64,000 bases of DNA from positions 171,730-235,729 of the forward strand of contig JAURXZ010000024.1 in NCBI GenBank assembly GCA_030654175.1, read 5' to 3'. The stretch comes from Bacteroidia bacterium. Its GTDB lineage: Bacteria > Bacteroidota > Bacteroidia > 2-12-FULL-35-15. Every line of letters starts with the position of its first letter. Position 1 is the first letter of the stretch. The notes under the pieces were generated by a model. The model saw only the letters and a list, made by a program, of their open reading frames with translations. It was not told the origin of the DNA and made no database searches. Shown one piece after another: positions 26,812-37,512 of the stretch. The position numbers and the translations under genes are program-made.

Positions 26812-28167
26812 ATGAAACTTAAATTATCATCTGTTGCTATTTTAATAGTTGTGCTGGCATGTCTTACAATTGACATGGGTTTTAAAAACTGGGAAAAGCA
26901 ACAAAGAGTAATAGAGTGGGACATTCACTCCTATTATGCTTACCTGCCTGCCGGATGGATCTATAAGGATATTCACTTAACAAAAAGTGATTACCGGTTT
27001 GACGAGCACTATTGGCTCTTTTGGCCAAACCAAACCAAAGAAGGAAAAAATGTAATTAAAACAACAATGGGTATGGCGATATTATATGCTCCCTTTTTTG
27101 TTGTTGCACATACTATAACTAATTTATCCTATTATCCTGAAAACGGTATTTCAGAGCCTTATAAATTTTTGCTTTTAATGAGTACCCTTTTTTATTTATT
27201 TGTTGGACTTGATTTTTTGAAAAAGATACTTGGGCATTACAAATTTTCTGATTTGCATACGTCAGTCACTATTTTACTTATCGGGCTAGGAACAAATTTA
27301 ACTGCGTACGCTTCACAGTCGGCACCTATGTCGCATGTTTATTCGTTTTGTTTATTTGCAGCATTTATTTATTACACCATCAAATGGTACGAATTTCAAA
27401 CACTTAAAAACACCTTGATAATTGGTTTTTTAATTGGTTTAATTTCATTGATACGTCCTTCCAATATTATAATAATGCTCTTTTTTGCCCTTTATAATAT
27501 ATCCAGTTTATATGATTTTAAAGAACGGATTTTGTTTTTCAAAAAAACATTCCCCCTGCTTTTATTGATGTTATTCGCATTTGTCATCGTGTGGATTCCC
27601 CAGCTTATTTACTGGAAGATAAGTTCAGGAAGTTATTTCTACTATTCATATCCCGATGAACGATTTTTCTTTAATGATCCCAAAATCATGAAAGGATTAT
27701 TTGGATTTCGGAAAGGCTGGCTGATATATACTCCTATGATGGCCTTTGCTTTGGCAGGTATTTTTGCATTAAAAGGAATATTAAAAAAAATACGATTGCC
27801 GATCGTTTTGTTTTTAATTGTTAACATCTATATAACCTTTTCATGGTGGTGCTGGTGGTACGGAGGCTCGTTCGGGCAACGCGGATTAATAGAAAGTTAT
27901 GCATTACTTGCCATACCATTCGCATCTTTTGTAAAGTATGTTTCTGAAAAAAGATGGTATTATAACGCAGTTTTTTATTGCACGGCATTGTTTTTTATCT
28001 GGTTGAATCTCTTTCAAACGCTGCAGTTTGAAAACATGTCGTTACATTATGATGGGATGACGAGGGTGCTATATTTTAAGCAATTTGGAAAACTGGACAA
28101 GATAGATGACTTTGCCAGCTATGTATCTTCTCTTGATTACGAGGAGGCAAAAAAGGGTAAAAGGTAA
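26812..28167 (+). CDS. GT-C-fold membrane glycosyltransferase-like protein (paralog of upstream gene)
   Basis: WDIHSYYAYLPA, LIRP, LFGFRKGWLIYTP, WWYGGSFGQR. Confidence 0.72.
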   Translation: MKLKLSSVAILIVVLACLTIDMGFKNWEKQQRVIEWDIHSYYAYLPAGWIYKDIHLTKSDYRFDEHYWLFWPNQTKEGKNVIKTTMGMAILYAPFFVVAHTITNLSYYPENGISEPYKFLLLMSTLFYLFVGLDFLKKILGHYKFSDLHTSVTILLIGLGTNLTAYASQSAPMSHVYSFCLFAAFIYYTIKWYEFQTLKNTLIIGFLIGLISLIRPSNIIIMLFFALYNISSLYDFKERILFFKKTFPLLLLMLFAFVIVWIPQLIYWKISSGSYFYYSYPDERFFFNDPKIMKGLFGFRKGWLIYTPMMAFALAGIFALKGILKKIRLPIVLFLIVNIYITFSWWCWWYGGSFGQRGLIESYALLAIPFASFVKYVSEKRWYYNAVFYCTALFFIWLNLFQTLQFENMSLHYDGMTRVLYFKQFGKLDKIDDFASYVSSLDYEEAKKGKR

Positions 28168-28231
28168 ATTTGATCATAAACGCATCCAAAAAAATTAAAT
28201 CTTCTCAAAAAGTCAATTATAAATCATTCGA

Positions 28232-30112
28232 ATGAATCCAAAATTAGTTGCATGTTTTAAAGTTGTTCTTTTTCTTGCCCTGGTATATCCTCCCATTTTT
28301 ATGCACTTGGAAAACCTTCCACTTCGCGTTTGGGATGAAGCAAGGTTAGCTATTAGCGCTCACGAGATGCTCCAGAACCACAACTACCTGATACCCCATT
28401 ATAAAGGCAATCCGGACATGTGGGGAACAAAACCTCCTTTGGTTATATGGACACAGGCAATCTTTTATAAGCTTTTCGGGATGGGGGAATTAGCAGTTAG
28501 GTTGCCCTCAGCCTTGGCTGCTTTTCTCACAACCTTGATCATTATGCTGTTTTCGGTCAAATATCTTAAAAGCTATTGGTTGGGCCTCATTTCGGTTTTA
28601 ATATTGATCACCTCCTATGGTTATATTAATAATCATGCGGTGCGCACTGGCGACCTCGATGCACCGCTTGCTTTTTTTACAACGTTGTATTGTTTGTCTT
28701 TTTTTCTGTTCATAGAACTCAAGGAAAGAAAATACCTGCATGTATTTTTTTTAGGACTCACTTTAGCAATACTTACGAAAAGTGTTCAGGGACTTCTTTT
28801 TGTTCCGGCATTAGCTATCTATGTTTTGATAGGGAAACGGTTTCTAGAAATTGTAAAAAATAAATGGTTCTATTTCGACCTATTGCTCTGTATTACCATT
28901 GTTTTAGGATATTATCTAACCAGGGAACATTACAATCCAGGGTACTTGAGGGCTGTATGGAAAAACGAATTAGGTGGAAGATACTTATCGGCCTTGGAAG
29001 GACATGGATACCCTTTTATGTTTTATTATGATCAACTTATAAGTTCTAAATATGCTGAATGGTTTTTACTGGTTCCTTGTGGCATAATTGCAGGATTTGT
29101 TATTAAAGATGAGAAACTAAAACGCTTGACCCTCTTTAGTTTATTAATGATAGTATCTTATTGGCTGATCATATCAATTTCGGTTACCAAATGTGAATGG
29201 TATGATGTGCCTCTATATCCATTTCTCGGCATGATGGGTGCAATAGCAATTCATTCCGTTTTTTCATTGTTAACCGAAGCGGCTGATACTAAACGAATAA
29301 CTGGGTTTTATTTAATACCTTTTCTCTTTCTGGTGATCGTTTTTTTTAAGCCCTATCAAAAAATAATAGATAAAGTATATTTTCCAAAAGAGAACAACCA
29401 CGAAATAAACGAAATGCGAATTTCATACCTTTTAAAAGAAGCAGTACAATCAAAACGTTCAATTAAAAATCAATCTGTCTGTTACGATGGACACAATGCC
29501 CACCTTTCTTTTTATCTTATTCAATTAAATGAAAAAGATCAACATGTTGGTTTTAAGGATTGGCGTTTTTTAATGCTAGGTGACATAGTAATAGCCAGTC
29601 AGGATAAGGTTAAGGATTATATTGAAAAAAATTATTTATTTGAAGAAACAAATAATTACTTCAATGTAAAAACCTATAAAATTAAAGGGACCCGTATCGG
29701 AATGGTTGGTGCTAAAGAAGTTCCAGAACGCAAAAAAACGATCTACCTGAAAGCTTTTAATGGAAAATACCTTGGTGCCACAGAGGCGATGAATCATCTG
29801 GTATTAGCGGATAAAGACAAGGCAAGCAAATTAACGATACTTGAAAAAAGGGTTTGTAAAATTGTTTCAGATGAGGGTTTGTTTTTTTCTGCCGACCTGG
29901 GACAGCAAAATGAAATAACAGCATCAAGGAAGGTTGCAAATGATTGGGAAACATTTACAATGATTGAGCTTGACAACAATTTCGTAGCCTTCAAAGCCTT
30001 TAATGGTAAATATTGGGGCATAGATAAAAAATCATTCCAACTTTCAGCAAACAGCGATACAATAGGCGTTCAGGAAAAATTCCGGGTAATAAACAGTTCG
30101 GGTTCCAGGTAA
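28232..30112 (+). CDS. ArnT/PMT-family (GT83/GT39-like) glycosyltransferase with fascin-like C-terminal domain
   Basis: WDEAR, KPPL..W, ELAVRLPSAL, LAILTK; tail repeats YLKAFNGKYL and FKAFNGKYW, WETF. Confidence 0.82.
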   Translation: MNPKLVACFKVVLFLALVYPPIFMHLENLPLRVWDEARLAISAHEMLQNHNYLIPHYKGNPDMWGTKPPLVIWTQAIFYKLFGMGELAVRLPSALAAFLTTLIIMLFSVKYLKSYWLGLISVLILITSYGYINNHAVRTGDLDAPLAFFTTLYCLSFFLFIELKERKYLHVFFLGLTLAILTKSVQGLLFVPALAIYVLIGKRFLEIVKNKWFYFDLLLCITIVLGYYLTREHYNPGYLRAVWKNELGGRYLSALEGHGYPFMFYYDQLISSKYAEWFLLVPCGIIAGFVIKDEKLKRLTLFSLLMIVSYWLIISISVTKCEWYDVPLYPFLGMMGAIAIHSVFSLLTEAADTKRITGFYLIPFLFLVIVFFKPYQKIIDKVYFPKENNHEINEMRISYLLKEAVQSKRSIKNQSVCYDGHNAHLSFYLIQLNEKDQHVGFKDWRFLMLGDIVIASQDKVKDYIEKNYLFEETNNYFNVKTYKIKGTRIGMVGAKEVPERKKTIYLKAFNGKYLGATEAMNHLVLADKDKASKLTILEKRVCKIVSDEGLFFSADLGQQNEITASRKVANDWETFTMIELDNNFVAFKAFNGKYWGIDKKSFQLSANSDTIGVQEKFRVINSSGSR

Positions 30113-30122
30113 TCCAAAAAAT

Positions 30123-31625
30123 TTATTTTGCAAACGAAAGTTTGGATATTTTCAGATTGCCAATATTCATTGTCGGAATTCCATCCGCCTGTTTCTTTGC
30201 TGTATCAGGTAAAACATCTGCACGAATCATGGTATACGAGCTTGCAGAAGCCATCCAATGATAAAACGGGAAATCGCCCAATAGCTCGAAACTCCCATCC
30301 CGTTTGGTAACGGTATGATAGGAGTGGGACCAATATTCATTCCAGGCTAAAATAACACCGCCTTGTATTGGCTTGTCATTTTCATCGGATAACACTCCAA
30401 TGATTCGGCAACCTTTGTGCTGGGAATAATTGTAATAGTTAGCAAGGCAGATGCAGCTATCTTTTTTTGCATCGGGGTTAAATTTTTTAAATTCCTCAAC
30501 AATAGGTTTAACAGTTCCTTTAACAGCAATATTTTTTTTTGCCGTTCTTGTTTCGCCTTTCCAATTAACCACACCCATAAAATTTGCATGGTAGCTATGC
30601 CACTCCACATCTTTATATTGCCACCACGAATACCCTATGGCTCCACAATCGTATGCCTGCTTCAATGTTTTGTGGGCAAATTGTGCTTGTGTTTCATAGC
30701 TTATAGAATCATTGTCGGCCGCAATGGCTGTTTCGCCAATTATCCAGGGCTTTTTAATATAATTAGCATACCAATACATTTCGTTCCTGACCTGTTCAGG
30801 CTCATATTCATAAGGGTGAATAGAAATAAAATCCACATCGAGAATAGCCGGATCCCACTCAAATACTTCCCTGATACCGGTTAATCCAATAGTAATTAAC
30901 TGATCGGGCGCATTTTTTTTTGCCACGGACGCCCATCTGTTCATAGCCTTATGCACCACTTTTTTATCCCTTTCCGGCACATCAAAATATAATGGTTCAT
31001 TGAATAGATCGTACGCCAGAATGGTGGTATCATTTCTAAAATGGTGCACCACTTTTTTCAAATTCAATTCAGTAGCTTTAACATCTGCCGACATGCGTAG
31101 GAGCAAAACCGCTTTTAATCCAGCTGTATTAACAACATCAAGCAATTGAGCAATGGCACCTAAATAGGCTTTGTAATTTTCATCATTCGCAAGCCGGAGA
31201 GTTGTATCCCTCAAGTTGCCGATCTTGGCTCTAACCGATAGATTACCGATCAATTCATCATCTATCGACTCCTCTCCTATTCCAACTAAACGCACCGAAT
31301 TAAAACCCATCTCTTTGATCAGATCCATATCCGCTTTCAGTTGCATCAAACAGGAATCTTGTGTTATAAACTGAAATTTCGCATCGGGGTTGTATGCAAT
31401 AAACGGGCAAGGCCAAAGGGAATCTTTGTTTGCCTGCATTCCTACAATGTAATTTATCGTGATCGGAAAAAATGGCTTTCCATTTAAATTGAATTTATTA
31501 TTTTTAATGGAAACGAATTTACTTTTATCAGTGGAAACGGCCCCCTCATTTGAATTAACTGGGAGTAAAAAATAAAGACCTGAGAAAACTACGAATATAA
31601 GAAAAACAAGAAAATACTTTTTCAT
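30123..31625 (-). CDS. GH5-like (clan GH-A) glycoside hydrolase, N-terminal anchor, C-terminal beta domain
   Basis: MGFNSVRL, AYDLFNEP (acid/base), DFISIHPY, KPWIIGET (nucleophile), WW. Confidence 0.82.
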   Translation of the reverse strand: MKKYFLVFLIFVVFSGLYFLLPVNSNEGAVSTDKSKFVSIKNNKFNLNGKPFFPITINYIVGMQANKDSLWPCPFIAYNPDAKFQFITQDSCLMQLKADMDLIKEMGFNSVRLVGIGEESIDDELIGNLSVRAKIGNLRDTTLRLANDENYKAYLGAIAQLLDVVNTAGLKAVLLLRMSADVKATELNLKKVVHHFRNDTTILAYDLFNEPLYFDVPERDKKVVHKAMNRWASVAKKNAPDQLITIGLTGIREVFEWDPAILDVDFISIHPYEYEPEQVRNEMYWYANYIKKPWIIGETAIAADNDSISYETQAQFAHKTLKQAYDCGAIGYSWWQYKDVEWHSYHANFMGVVNWKGETRTAKKNIAVKGTVKPIVEEFKKFNPDAKKDSCICLANYYNYSQHKGCRIIGVLSDENDKPIQGGVILAWNEYWSHSYHTVTKRDGSFELLGDFPFYHWMASASSYTMIRADVLPDTAKKQADGIPTMNIGNLKISKLSFAK

Positions 31626-31851
31626 AACAATTTGTTTAGCGCGATTTACCTTTTTTATGCGACACGTTTATAAAAAAGGATAAACCAGGCTGATATTTGA
31701 TTTAGATTTTTTTTAAAATTAATTAATAAATATCAATGACTCGTTACTTTTTTGTCTGTTTCGGCTAAAGCCTGAATTAATTATCTATTTTTAAGGCTCT
31801 TTACACTTTTAGTGTTTTTAACATTGAATTTTATTTTCACCAATTAAAACC

Positions 31852-33282
31852 ATGAATAAAAATAATTTACTTGTATTTCTTTTAATTATTTTCTGTTTTT
31901 CTGTTCTTTTATACTTCGCTCCCAAAAATGAATTTTGCGAAGGGGGGGCAGATAACTACTGGCATTATTTTTTTTCCAAATATTCGTATCAATATCCTGA
32001 ATTTTTTTTACATCATTGGGGAAAGCCTTTGTTTATATTACTTAGCGGACCATTTTCTCAATTTGGATTTATTGGCATTAAATTGTTTAACATTCTCTGC
32101 GGCATTTTGTCTTCGCTTATTTGTTATCGATTTTGCAAAGATCTGGGGCTAAAACACAGTTGGTTAGCGATACCAATATTAATTTTCACACCTGTTTACT
32201 TTTTAGTATTGCAAACAGCTTTAACAGAACCTTTGTTTAGCCTTATCCTTATCTTTTCCTCTTATTTATTGTATAAAGAATCTTTTTTTGCGGGCGCTAT
32301 TGTAGCTTCTTTGCTCGTTTTTTCGCGCACCGAAGGATTGTTTATCGTGTTTTATTATGCCTCTTATCTCGTGCTTATTAAACAATGGAAGTACATTCCT
32401 CTGTTGGCAAGCACATTTATTGCCTATGCATTTATTGGATTATTGGCCGGACACGATTTTTTGTGGTTTTTTACCGAGATGCCTTATTCTGTCGAAAGTC
32501 CTTATGGCCGGGGAAACTGGTTTCATTTCTTTAAGTATTATAAAAACATTTGGGGCACGCCTCACCTGATATTGCTGGTATCGGGCATTATCATTCTGGC
32601 AATAAATATCCTTAAAAATAAAGAGTTGAATGTCTTTAAAAACGTCAGCAATAATGCGAAAATTATTTTATTGGTTTTGGTTCCCGCATTTTTGTTTTTT
32701 TCATTTCATGTTATTGCCTGGAAATATGGAAAGTTTGGATCGGCAGGCTTGGAAAGGGTTTTCGCATGTATGATCCCTTGTTGTGCTATATTGTGTGTGT
32801 ATGCAGTTAATGCGGTTTCAAACATAAAATTGCCTCAATGGGCAATTTACAGCAGCATTGCGATTGCTTTATTTTTTATAATATCCTATCCGTTCAATTT
32901 ATATCATTTCCCTTTAAAGGCTGTTTCGGACGAAAAGGCTGAAAGAGAAGCTGCCGAATGGTTTAAATTAAATAAAAAAGAGGGGCAAATTATTTATTAT
33001 GCCCACCCTGCCATTGTATTTTATGCCGATCTAAATCCATTTGATAAAGTAAATAACAGGGAGTGTTTCGCCTATCATAAAGATTGTGCTATTGAAAAAA
33101 CAAAACCTTTCTATTATTTTTGGGATTCTGCCTTTTCCGAATTTTCATGTAATACCAGTATTAATGACCTGGAAAGCTGCCCCGGAATGAAACGAATTAA
33201 AGAATTTAAAGAGAACAATTTTCAACTTTATATATATGAATTCACTCCTGTTGATTCAATAGAGGCTAAACAGGGGAGTTAA
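31852..33282 (+). CDS. GT-C-fold membrane glycosyltransferase-like protein
   Basis: GADNYWHY, HHWGKPLF, LTEPLF, SRTEG, many TMs. Confidence 0.68.
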   Translation: MNKNNLLVFLLIIFCFSVLLYFAPKNEFCEGGADNYWHYFFSKYSYQYPEFFLHHWGKPLFILLSGPFSQFGFIGIKLFNILCGILSSLICYRFCKDLGLKHSWLAIPILIFTPVYFLVLQTALTEPLFSLILIFSSYLLYKESFFAGAIVASLLVFSRTEGLFIVFYYASYLVLIKQWKYIPLLASTFIAYAFIGLLAGHDFLWFFTEMPYSVESPYGRGNWFHFFKYYKNIWGTPHLILLVSGIIILAINILKNKELNVFKNVSNNAKIILLVLVPAFLFFSFHVIAWKYGKFGSAGLERVFACMIPCCAILCVYAVNAVSNIKLPQWAIYSSIAIALFFIISYPFNLYHFPLKAVSDEKAEREAAEWFKLNKKEGQIIYYAHPAIVFYADLNPFDKVNNRECFAYHKDCAIEKTKPFYYFWDSAFSEFSCNTSINDLESCPGMKRIKEFKENNFQLYIYEFTPVDSIEAKQGS

Positions 33283-33352
33283 ATTATTATTCCGGTACAA
33301 TTTTATTATAATATTTGCGTTTATCGTCTAAAATAAACGCTTCACGTTTTTT

Positions 33353-34969
33353 ATGAAGGCTCTGTTTCCCGAAAAGGTTCATTATTATATTTACGTTTTT
33401 GCATTAATGATATTAGTGGCCGGATTGCCATTATCAAAATTTTTGATGAGCCTTTCTCAAATAATATTGGCTTGCAACTGGCTGTTAGAAGGGGATCTTA
33501 AAAATAAATTTACTGCCTTTTGGAAAAACAAAACAGCCCTGATAGTAAGCTCTATACTACTTTTGCATTTTATTGGACTCACCTACACTTCGGACTTCAG
33601 TTATGCCTTTAAAGATATTCGTATTAAGGCCCCCCTGTTTATATTACCATTGATCGTTTCCACATCAAAACCCCTTTCCCAAAAGTTATTTGATACTGTT
33701 TTGCAGCTATTGGTAGGCGCTGTAATTATCGGAACAATTATTAGTTCACTTATCTTAATTGATGTGATCCATCGCCCCGTGATCGATATCCGCGACATTT
33801 CTATTTTTATCTCTCATATTCGATTTGCACTGTTGATCTGCGTTGCTATTTTTATTTCATCATATTTTATATTTAAAGCTCAACGTGTTTTTAGCAAAAT
33901 AATATGGACTGGTGTTATTATATGGATGGTGTATTTTTTAATTATAATGGAGTCGATCACCGGTTTAATGGCCTTATCCGTTACCTTGGTGGGGGTAATT
34001 ATCTATACAGCCCTTAAATCAAGTAAAAACCCTTCTGAACCATCAAAAAACAAGCTTTTTAGGTATGGCACCTTGCTCCTGCTTTTGGGTTCAATGATCC
34101 TCCTGGCTTTTTACATAAATTCAATAGCTGCCGAAAACAAACAGAAAGAAATTGTTGATTTCAATAAACTGGAAACCCACACATCGCTGGGTAATTTATA
34201 CGAACATGATATTCAATCTGAAGTATCGGAAAACGGGCACCTGATCTGGATGTATTATTCTATTGACGAATTAAAGGAAGCCTGGAATAAACGAAGCGTT
34301 ATTAAGATTGACAGCACCGACCTGAAAGGGAACTCTGTTTATTTTACTCTTTTTCGATTTTTAACATCAAAAGGCTTAAGAAAGGATGCTCAGGCTGTGT
34401 TTTCATTAACGGAGAATGAGATCAAAGCCATTGAGCGTGGCGTTACCAATGTAAATTATCCGGATGTAAGCAGCTTAAAAGGCCGGATATATGAAACACT
34501 CTGGGAAATTGATTTGTATGCAAAAACTGGACAAGTAAACGGACACTCGCTAACGCAACGACTTGAATACTGGAGAACCGCATTAAGCATCATCAATAAT
34601 AATTTCTTCTTGGGTGTTGGTACCGGTGATGTTCCAAGGGCTTTTGAACAGGAATATATAAAAAAGGATTCTTCACTTGGTGAGAAGTGGCGATTAAGGT
34701 CGCACAATCAATATTTAGCAATTACAGTGGCCTTTGGTATCATTGGTTTGCTGTGGTTTTTGATAACACTGATCTATCCTTTATTGAACAAAAAAACGGG
34801 ATTCAATTACATGTACATCACCTTTTTTATTATTGCTGTTTTTTCCTTTTTTACCGAAGACACCTTGGAAACTCAAGCTGGTGTTACTTTTTTTGCATTC
34901 CTGAATAGCTTTTTGTTATTTGCGAAAAAGAAAAGTGGAGAAGAAGTTCCACCCCAGAATACGCTCTAA
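33353..34969 (+). CDS. O-antigen ligase (Wzy_C) family protein
   Basis: Many TMs, large periplasmic loop, SLTQRLEYW, LGVGTG, SHNQYL..GIIG. Confidence 0.88.
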   Translation: MKALFPEKVHYYIYVFALMILVAGLPLSKFLMSLSQIILACNWLLEGDLKNKFTAFWKNKTALIVSSILLLHFIGLTYTSDFSYAFKDIRIKAPLFILPLIVSTSKPLSQKLFDTVLQLLVGAVIIGTIISSLILIDVIHRPVIDIRDISIFISHIRFALLICVAIFISSYFIFKAQRVFSKIIWTGVIIWMVYFLIIMESITGLMALSVTLVGVIIYTALKSSKNPSEPSKNKLFRYGTLLLLLGSMILLAFYINSIAAENKQKEIVDFNKLETHTSLGNLYEHDIQSEVSENGHLIWMYYSIDELKEAWNKRSVIKIDSTDLKGNSVYFTLFRFLTSKGLRKDAQAVFSLTENEIKAIERGVTNVNYPDVSSLKGRIYETLWEIDLYAKTGQVNGHSLTQRLEYWRTALSIINNNFFLGVGTGDVPRAFEQEYIKKDSSLGEKWRLRSHNQYLAITVAFGIIGLLWFLITLIYPLLNKKTGFNYMYITFFIIAVFSFFTEDTLETQAGVTFFAFLNSFLLFAKKKSGEEVPPQNTL

Positions 34970-35026
34970 CTCCAACTTCCGTGATTCTTTATAATGATTT
35001 AAGACTCTTCTCAAAGAGGATAATGC

Positions 35027-35120
35027 TGCGTAAGGGATTGCAACGTAAATCCTTTTCTGTTTAGAAAAGATTGAAGTGGAAAGCCCGCCCTTTTCTTCTT
35101 TAAGAAAAGGAACGCCCAAA
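35027..35120 (-). repeat. Flavo-1-like repeat, copy 3
   Basis: Near-identical reverse complement of 10122..10216. Confidence 0.72.
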
Positions 35121-35144
35121 TAAAATTAGAAAAAACCACCTTCA

Positions 35145-35903
35145 CTACAACGCTATATTCAATTGATATAGCAAAGGCTTGCTCGGTGACGCATCATTTT
35201 CAAAACTAGCGATCTGAATATTTAAAAGGTAAGTTCCATCATAAATACTATTCGGCACATAGATCATTTCAGTAATGGTTCGATTCAATTTTGTATTGGT
35301 TGGATATTGCCAAAAAGCATGATGCGCCAATAGTTTTCCACCATCAACCTCTTTATCCACAGAGGGCAGATCGATCAATAAATGATCAATGCCCAATGCA
35401 TCAATGAGCTCAGCTGCTTCGTGATGTAAATAAGGAGGGTTTGTATTGGAGTAGTGTTTGTTTATTTTTGAAGCACTGTTGTCTAAGGTCCTGATAACGA
35501 TCGCTTCGGGGCGTTTATCACCTAAACAATTTTCAATATGTTGTTTTGTAATTACTTTATCGCCTTCCGAATTTTCATCCGGCAAAATGGTGATCAGCTC
35601 TGCAATAAAAAAGAATTTTTTCAAACATTGGTTAACACTATAATCCTCTATACTGATATGTCCCACACATTCGGTATGTGTTCCATTTCCATGAGGATTA
35701 AATAATATATTTCTAAAATTTACAGAGCCACCTTGCTTTACATCGCCCACCCAATCACCCATTCGCACAGGTTCAATTTTTACAGCCGGTGTATACCATG
35801 CATTTACATTCTCTTCTCCTGTTCGCAAGGGAATTGAAATGTCGATGGGTTTTGAAAGATCAGCAGTATAGCTTTTTCCTTTATGAGTGATTTTTGATAT
35901 CAT
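35145..35903 (-). CDS. Cyclase-family metal-dependent hydrolase (kynurenine formamidase-like)
   Basis: HGNGTHTECVGH, IDLPSVD, ITE, DASPS; ATG 35903 preferred. Confidence 0.88.
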   Translation of the reverse strand: MISKITHKGKSYTADLSKPIDISIPLRTGEENVNAWYTPAVKIEPVRMGDWVGDVKQGGSVNFRNILFNPHGNGTHTECVGHISIEDYSVNQCLKKFFFIAELITILPDENSEGDKVITKQHIENCLGDKRPEAIVIRTLDNSASKINKHYSNTNPPYLHHEAAELIDALGIDHLLIDLPSVDKEVDGGKLLAHHAFWQYPTNTKLNRTITEMIYVPNSIYDGTYLLNIQIASFENDASPSKPLLYQLNIAL

Positions 35904-35934
35904 TATTAAATTGTGTTTTTTAATCAAATAAAAA

Positions 35935-36075
35935 TTCACCACTAAGGCACTTAGAACACGGAAGGTCCCGCTAAGATTCTTTTTTAAGGGACTGCTAAAA
36001 AATATTGCAGCGCACCATAAACTAAAGATGCCATTTCTAAGTGTATCTCCGTGTTCTTAGTGCCTTAGTGGTGAA
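35935..36075. repeat. Element with 28-bp terminal IRs (1 mismatch, 9-bp period); contains the hemW stop codon
   Basis: ttcaccactaaggcacttagaacacgga / tccgtgttcttagtgccttagtggtgaa. Confidence 0.88.
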
Positions 36076-37234
36076 AAGCCGGTTCTTTATCAATAAAAAA
36101 TAAATTACCCGCAATTCTGTCGGCAAACAATTTTCCTTTATCAGTCAAGAACAATTTATTTTTTTCATTCTTTATTTCATCTGTACGAATATATCTTTCT
36201 GCTTCGCTTAAACAATACACTAAATAGTCTTTTCCAAAATGATTTGCTATGTACTTCAAGTCTGTTCCCCACATGGTGCGTAATGAAGTTAAAACATATT
36301 CGTTATAGCGCTGTGATGTGGTTAATATTTCTTCTTCAAAAGGGATTTTATTTTTTTCAAGTGCCTGAATGTATAAAGCATTGTTTGAAATATTCGATTG
36401 CCTGCTGTTGCCATTATAGGAATGCGCAGAAGGGCCTAAGCCTAAATAAAGTTCTTTTAACCAATAATTACTATTGTGTCGGGAGAAAAAATTTTCTTTG
36501 CAGAAGTTTGAAATTTCATATTGCACAAAATTATTTTTTCTCATCTCCTCCAGCATTATTTCAAACTGATCTGCACTTTGTTGTTCGTCCACATTTTTAA
36601 TTTTCCCTTCCTTCACCAAATGCGCTAAGGCTGTTTTTGGCTCTACAGTCAGGCAATACGAAGAAATGTGTTTTACTTCAAGATCAAAAGCGGTACGTAA
36701 ATTATGTTTCCACTTTTCATTTGTTAAAGTGGGAATACCATAGATCAGGTCAATGGTAATATTCTCAAAACCCTTATCCTGGGAAGCCTTTACAGCCGAC
36801 AATGCTTCTTTTGAATTATGGGCACGGTTCATCAGCTTTAGATCCTCATCATAAAAACTTTGAATTCCAATACTTAAACGGTTGATGGGCGTGCCTTTAA
36901 ATTCTTTTATTTTATTTGATGTCAGATCGTCCGGATTAGCTTCCAGTGTGATCTCCGCATCGTCACTAATTTTAAAATGTTTGTTAAGTGAATCAAAAAT
37001 ATCCATCAGTTCGGTTTGAGAAAGTAATGATGGTGTTCCTCCTCCCAGGTAAATACTCTGTATCTCATCCTCTACCGCCCCTCCCAACGGGTTGAGGTAT
37101 TCTTTTTGTAACTCTATTTCTTTTTTTAGCGCTTTCAAAAATGAATCTTTGTTTTTCAAAGAAGTAGAAAAATGAAAGTCGCAATAATGACAAGCTTGTT
37201 TACAAAAAGGAATATGAATATAAATGCCTGCCAT
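36065..37234 (-). CDS. hemW: Radical SAM heme chaperone HemW
   Basis: YIHIPFCKQACHYCDF, GGGTPS, EANP, YEISNF, HNSNYW, GLGPSAHS. Confidence 0.93.
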   Translation of the reverse strand: MAGIYIHIPFCKQACHYCDFHFSTSLKNKDSFLKALKKEIELQKEYLNPLGGAVEDEIQSIYLGGGTPSLLSQTELMDIFDSLNKHFKISDDAEITLEANPDDLTSNKIKEFKGTPINRLSIGIQSFYDEDLKLMNRAHNSKEALSAVKASQDKGFENITIDLIYGIPTLTNEKWKHNLRTAFDLEVKHISSYCLTVEPKTALAHLVKEGKIKNVDEQQSADQFEIMLEEMRKNNFVQYEISNFCKENFFSRHNSNYWLKELYLGLGPSAHSYNGNSRQSNISNNALYIQALEKNKIPFEEEILTTSQRYNEYVLTSLRTMWGTDLKYIANHFGKDYLVYCLSEAERYIRTDEIKNEKNKLFLTDKGKLFADRIAGNLFFIDKEPAFHH

Positions 37235-37512
37235 TATTTGAAATTATTCGGTTCCGTTCAACCTTCCGTTTTTGGGAGTGTTACCATTCTTCCGATAGGA
37301 GAAGAGGCGGAACGATTTGCTTTAGTTTTAGTTCTGCTAAGGTAATAATTTGTTTCGCTGGTTATGATGTAATAAACAATTCATAATTATTTAATTAACG
37401 ATCATAAAAAATATACATACAACAATATTACATCTTGTTTCTCGTTAGGTTTTCGTTTTAAATAAACAAGGGCATCTGTTAAATTAGTATTCATCTTCTA
37501 AAATAAACAAAT

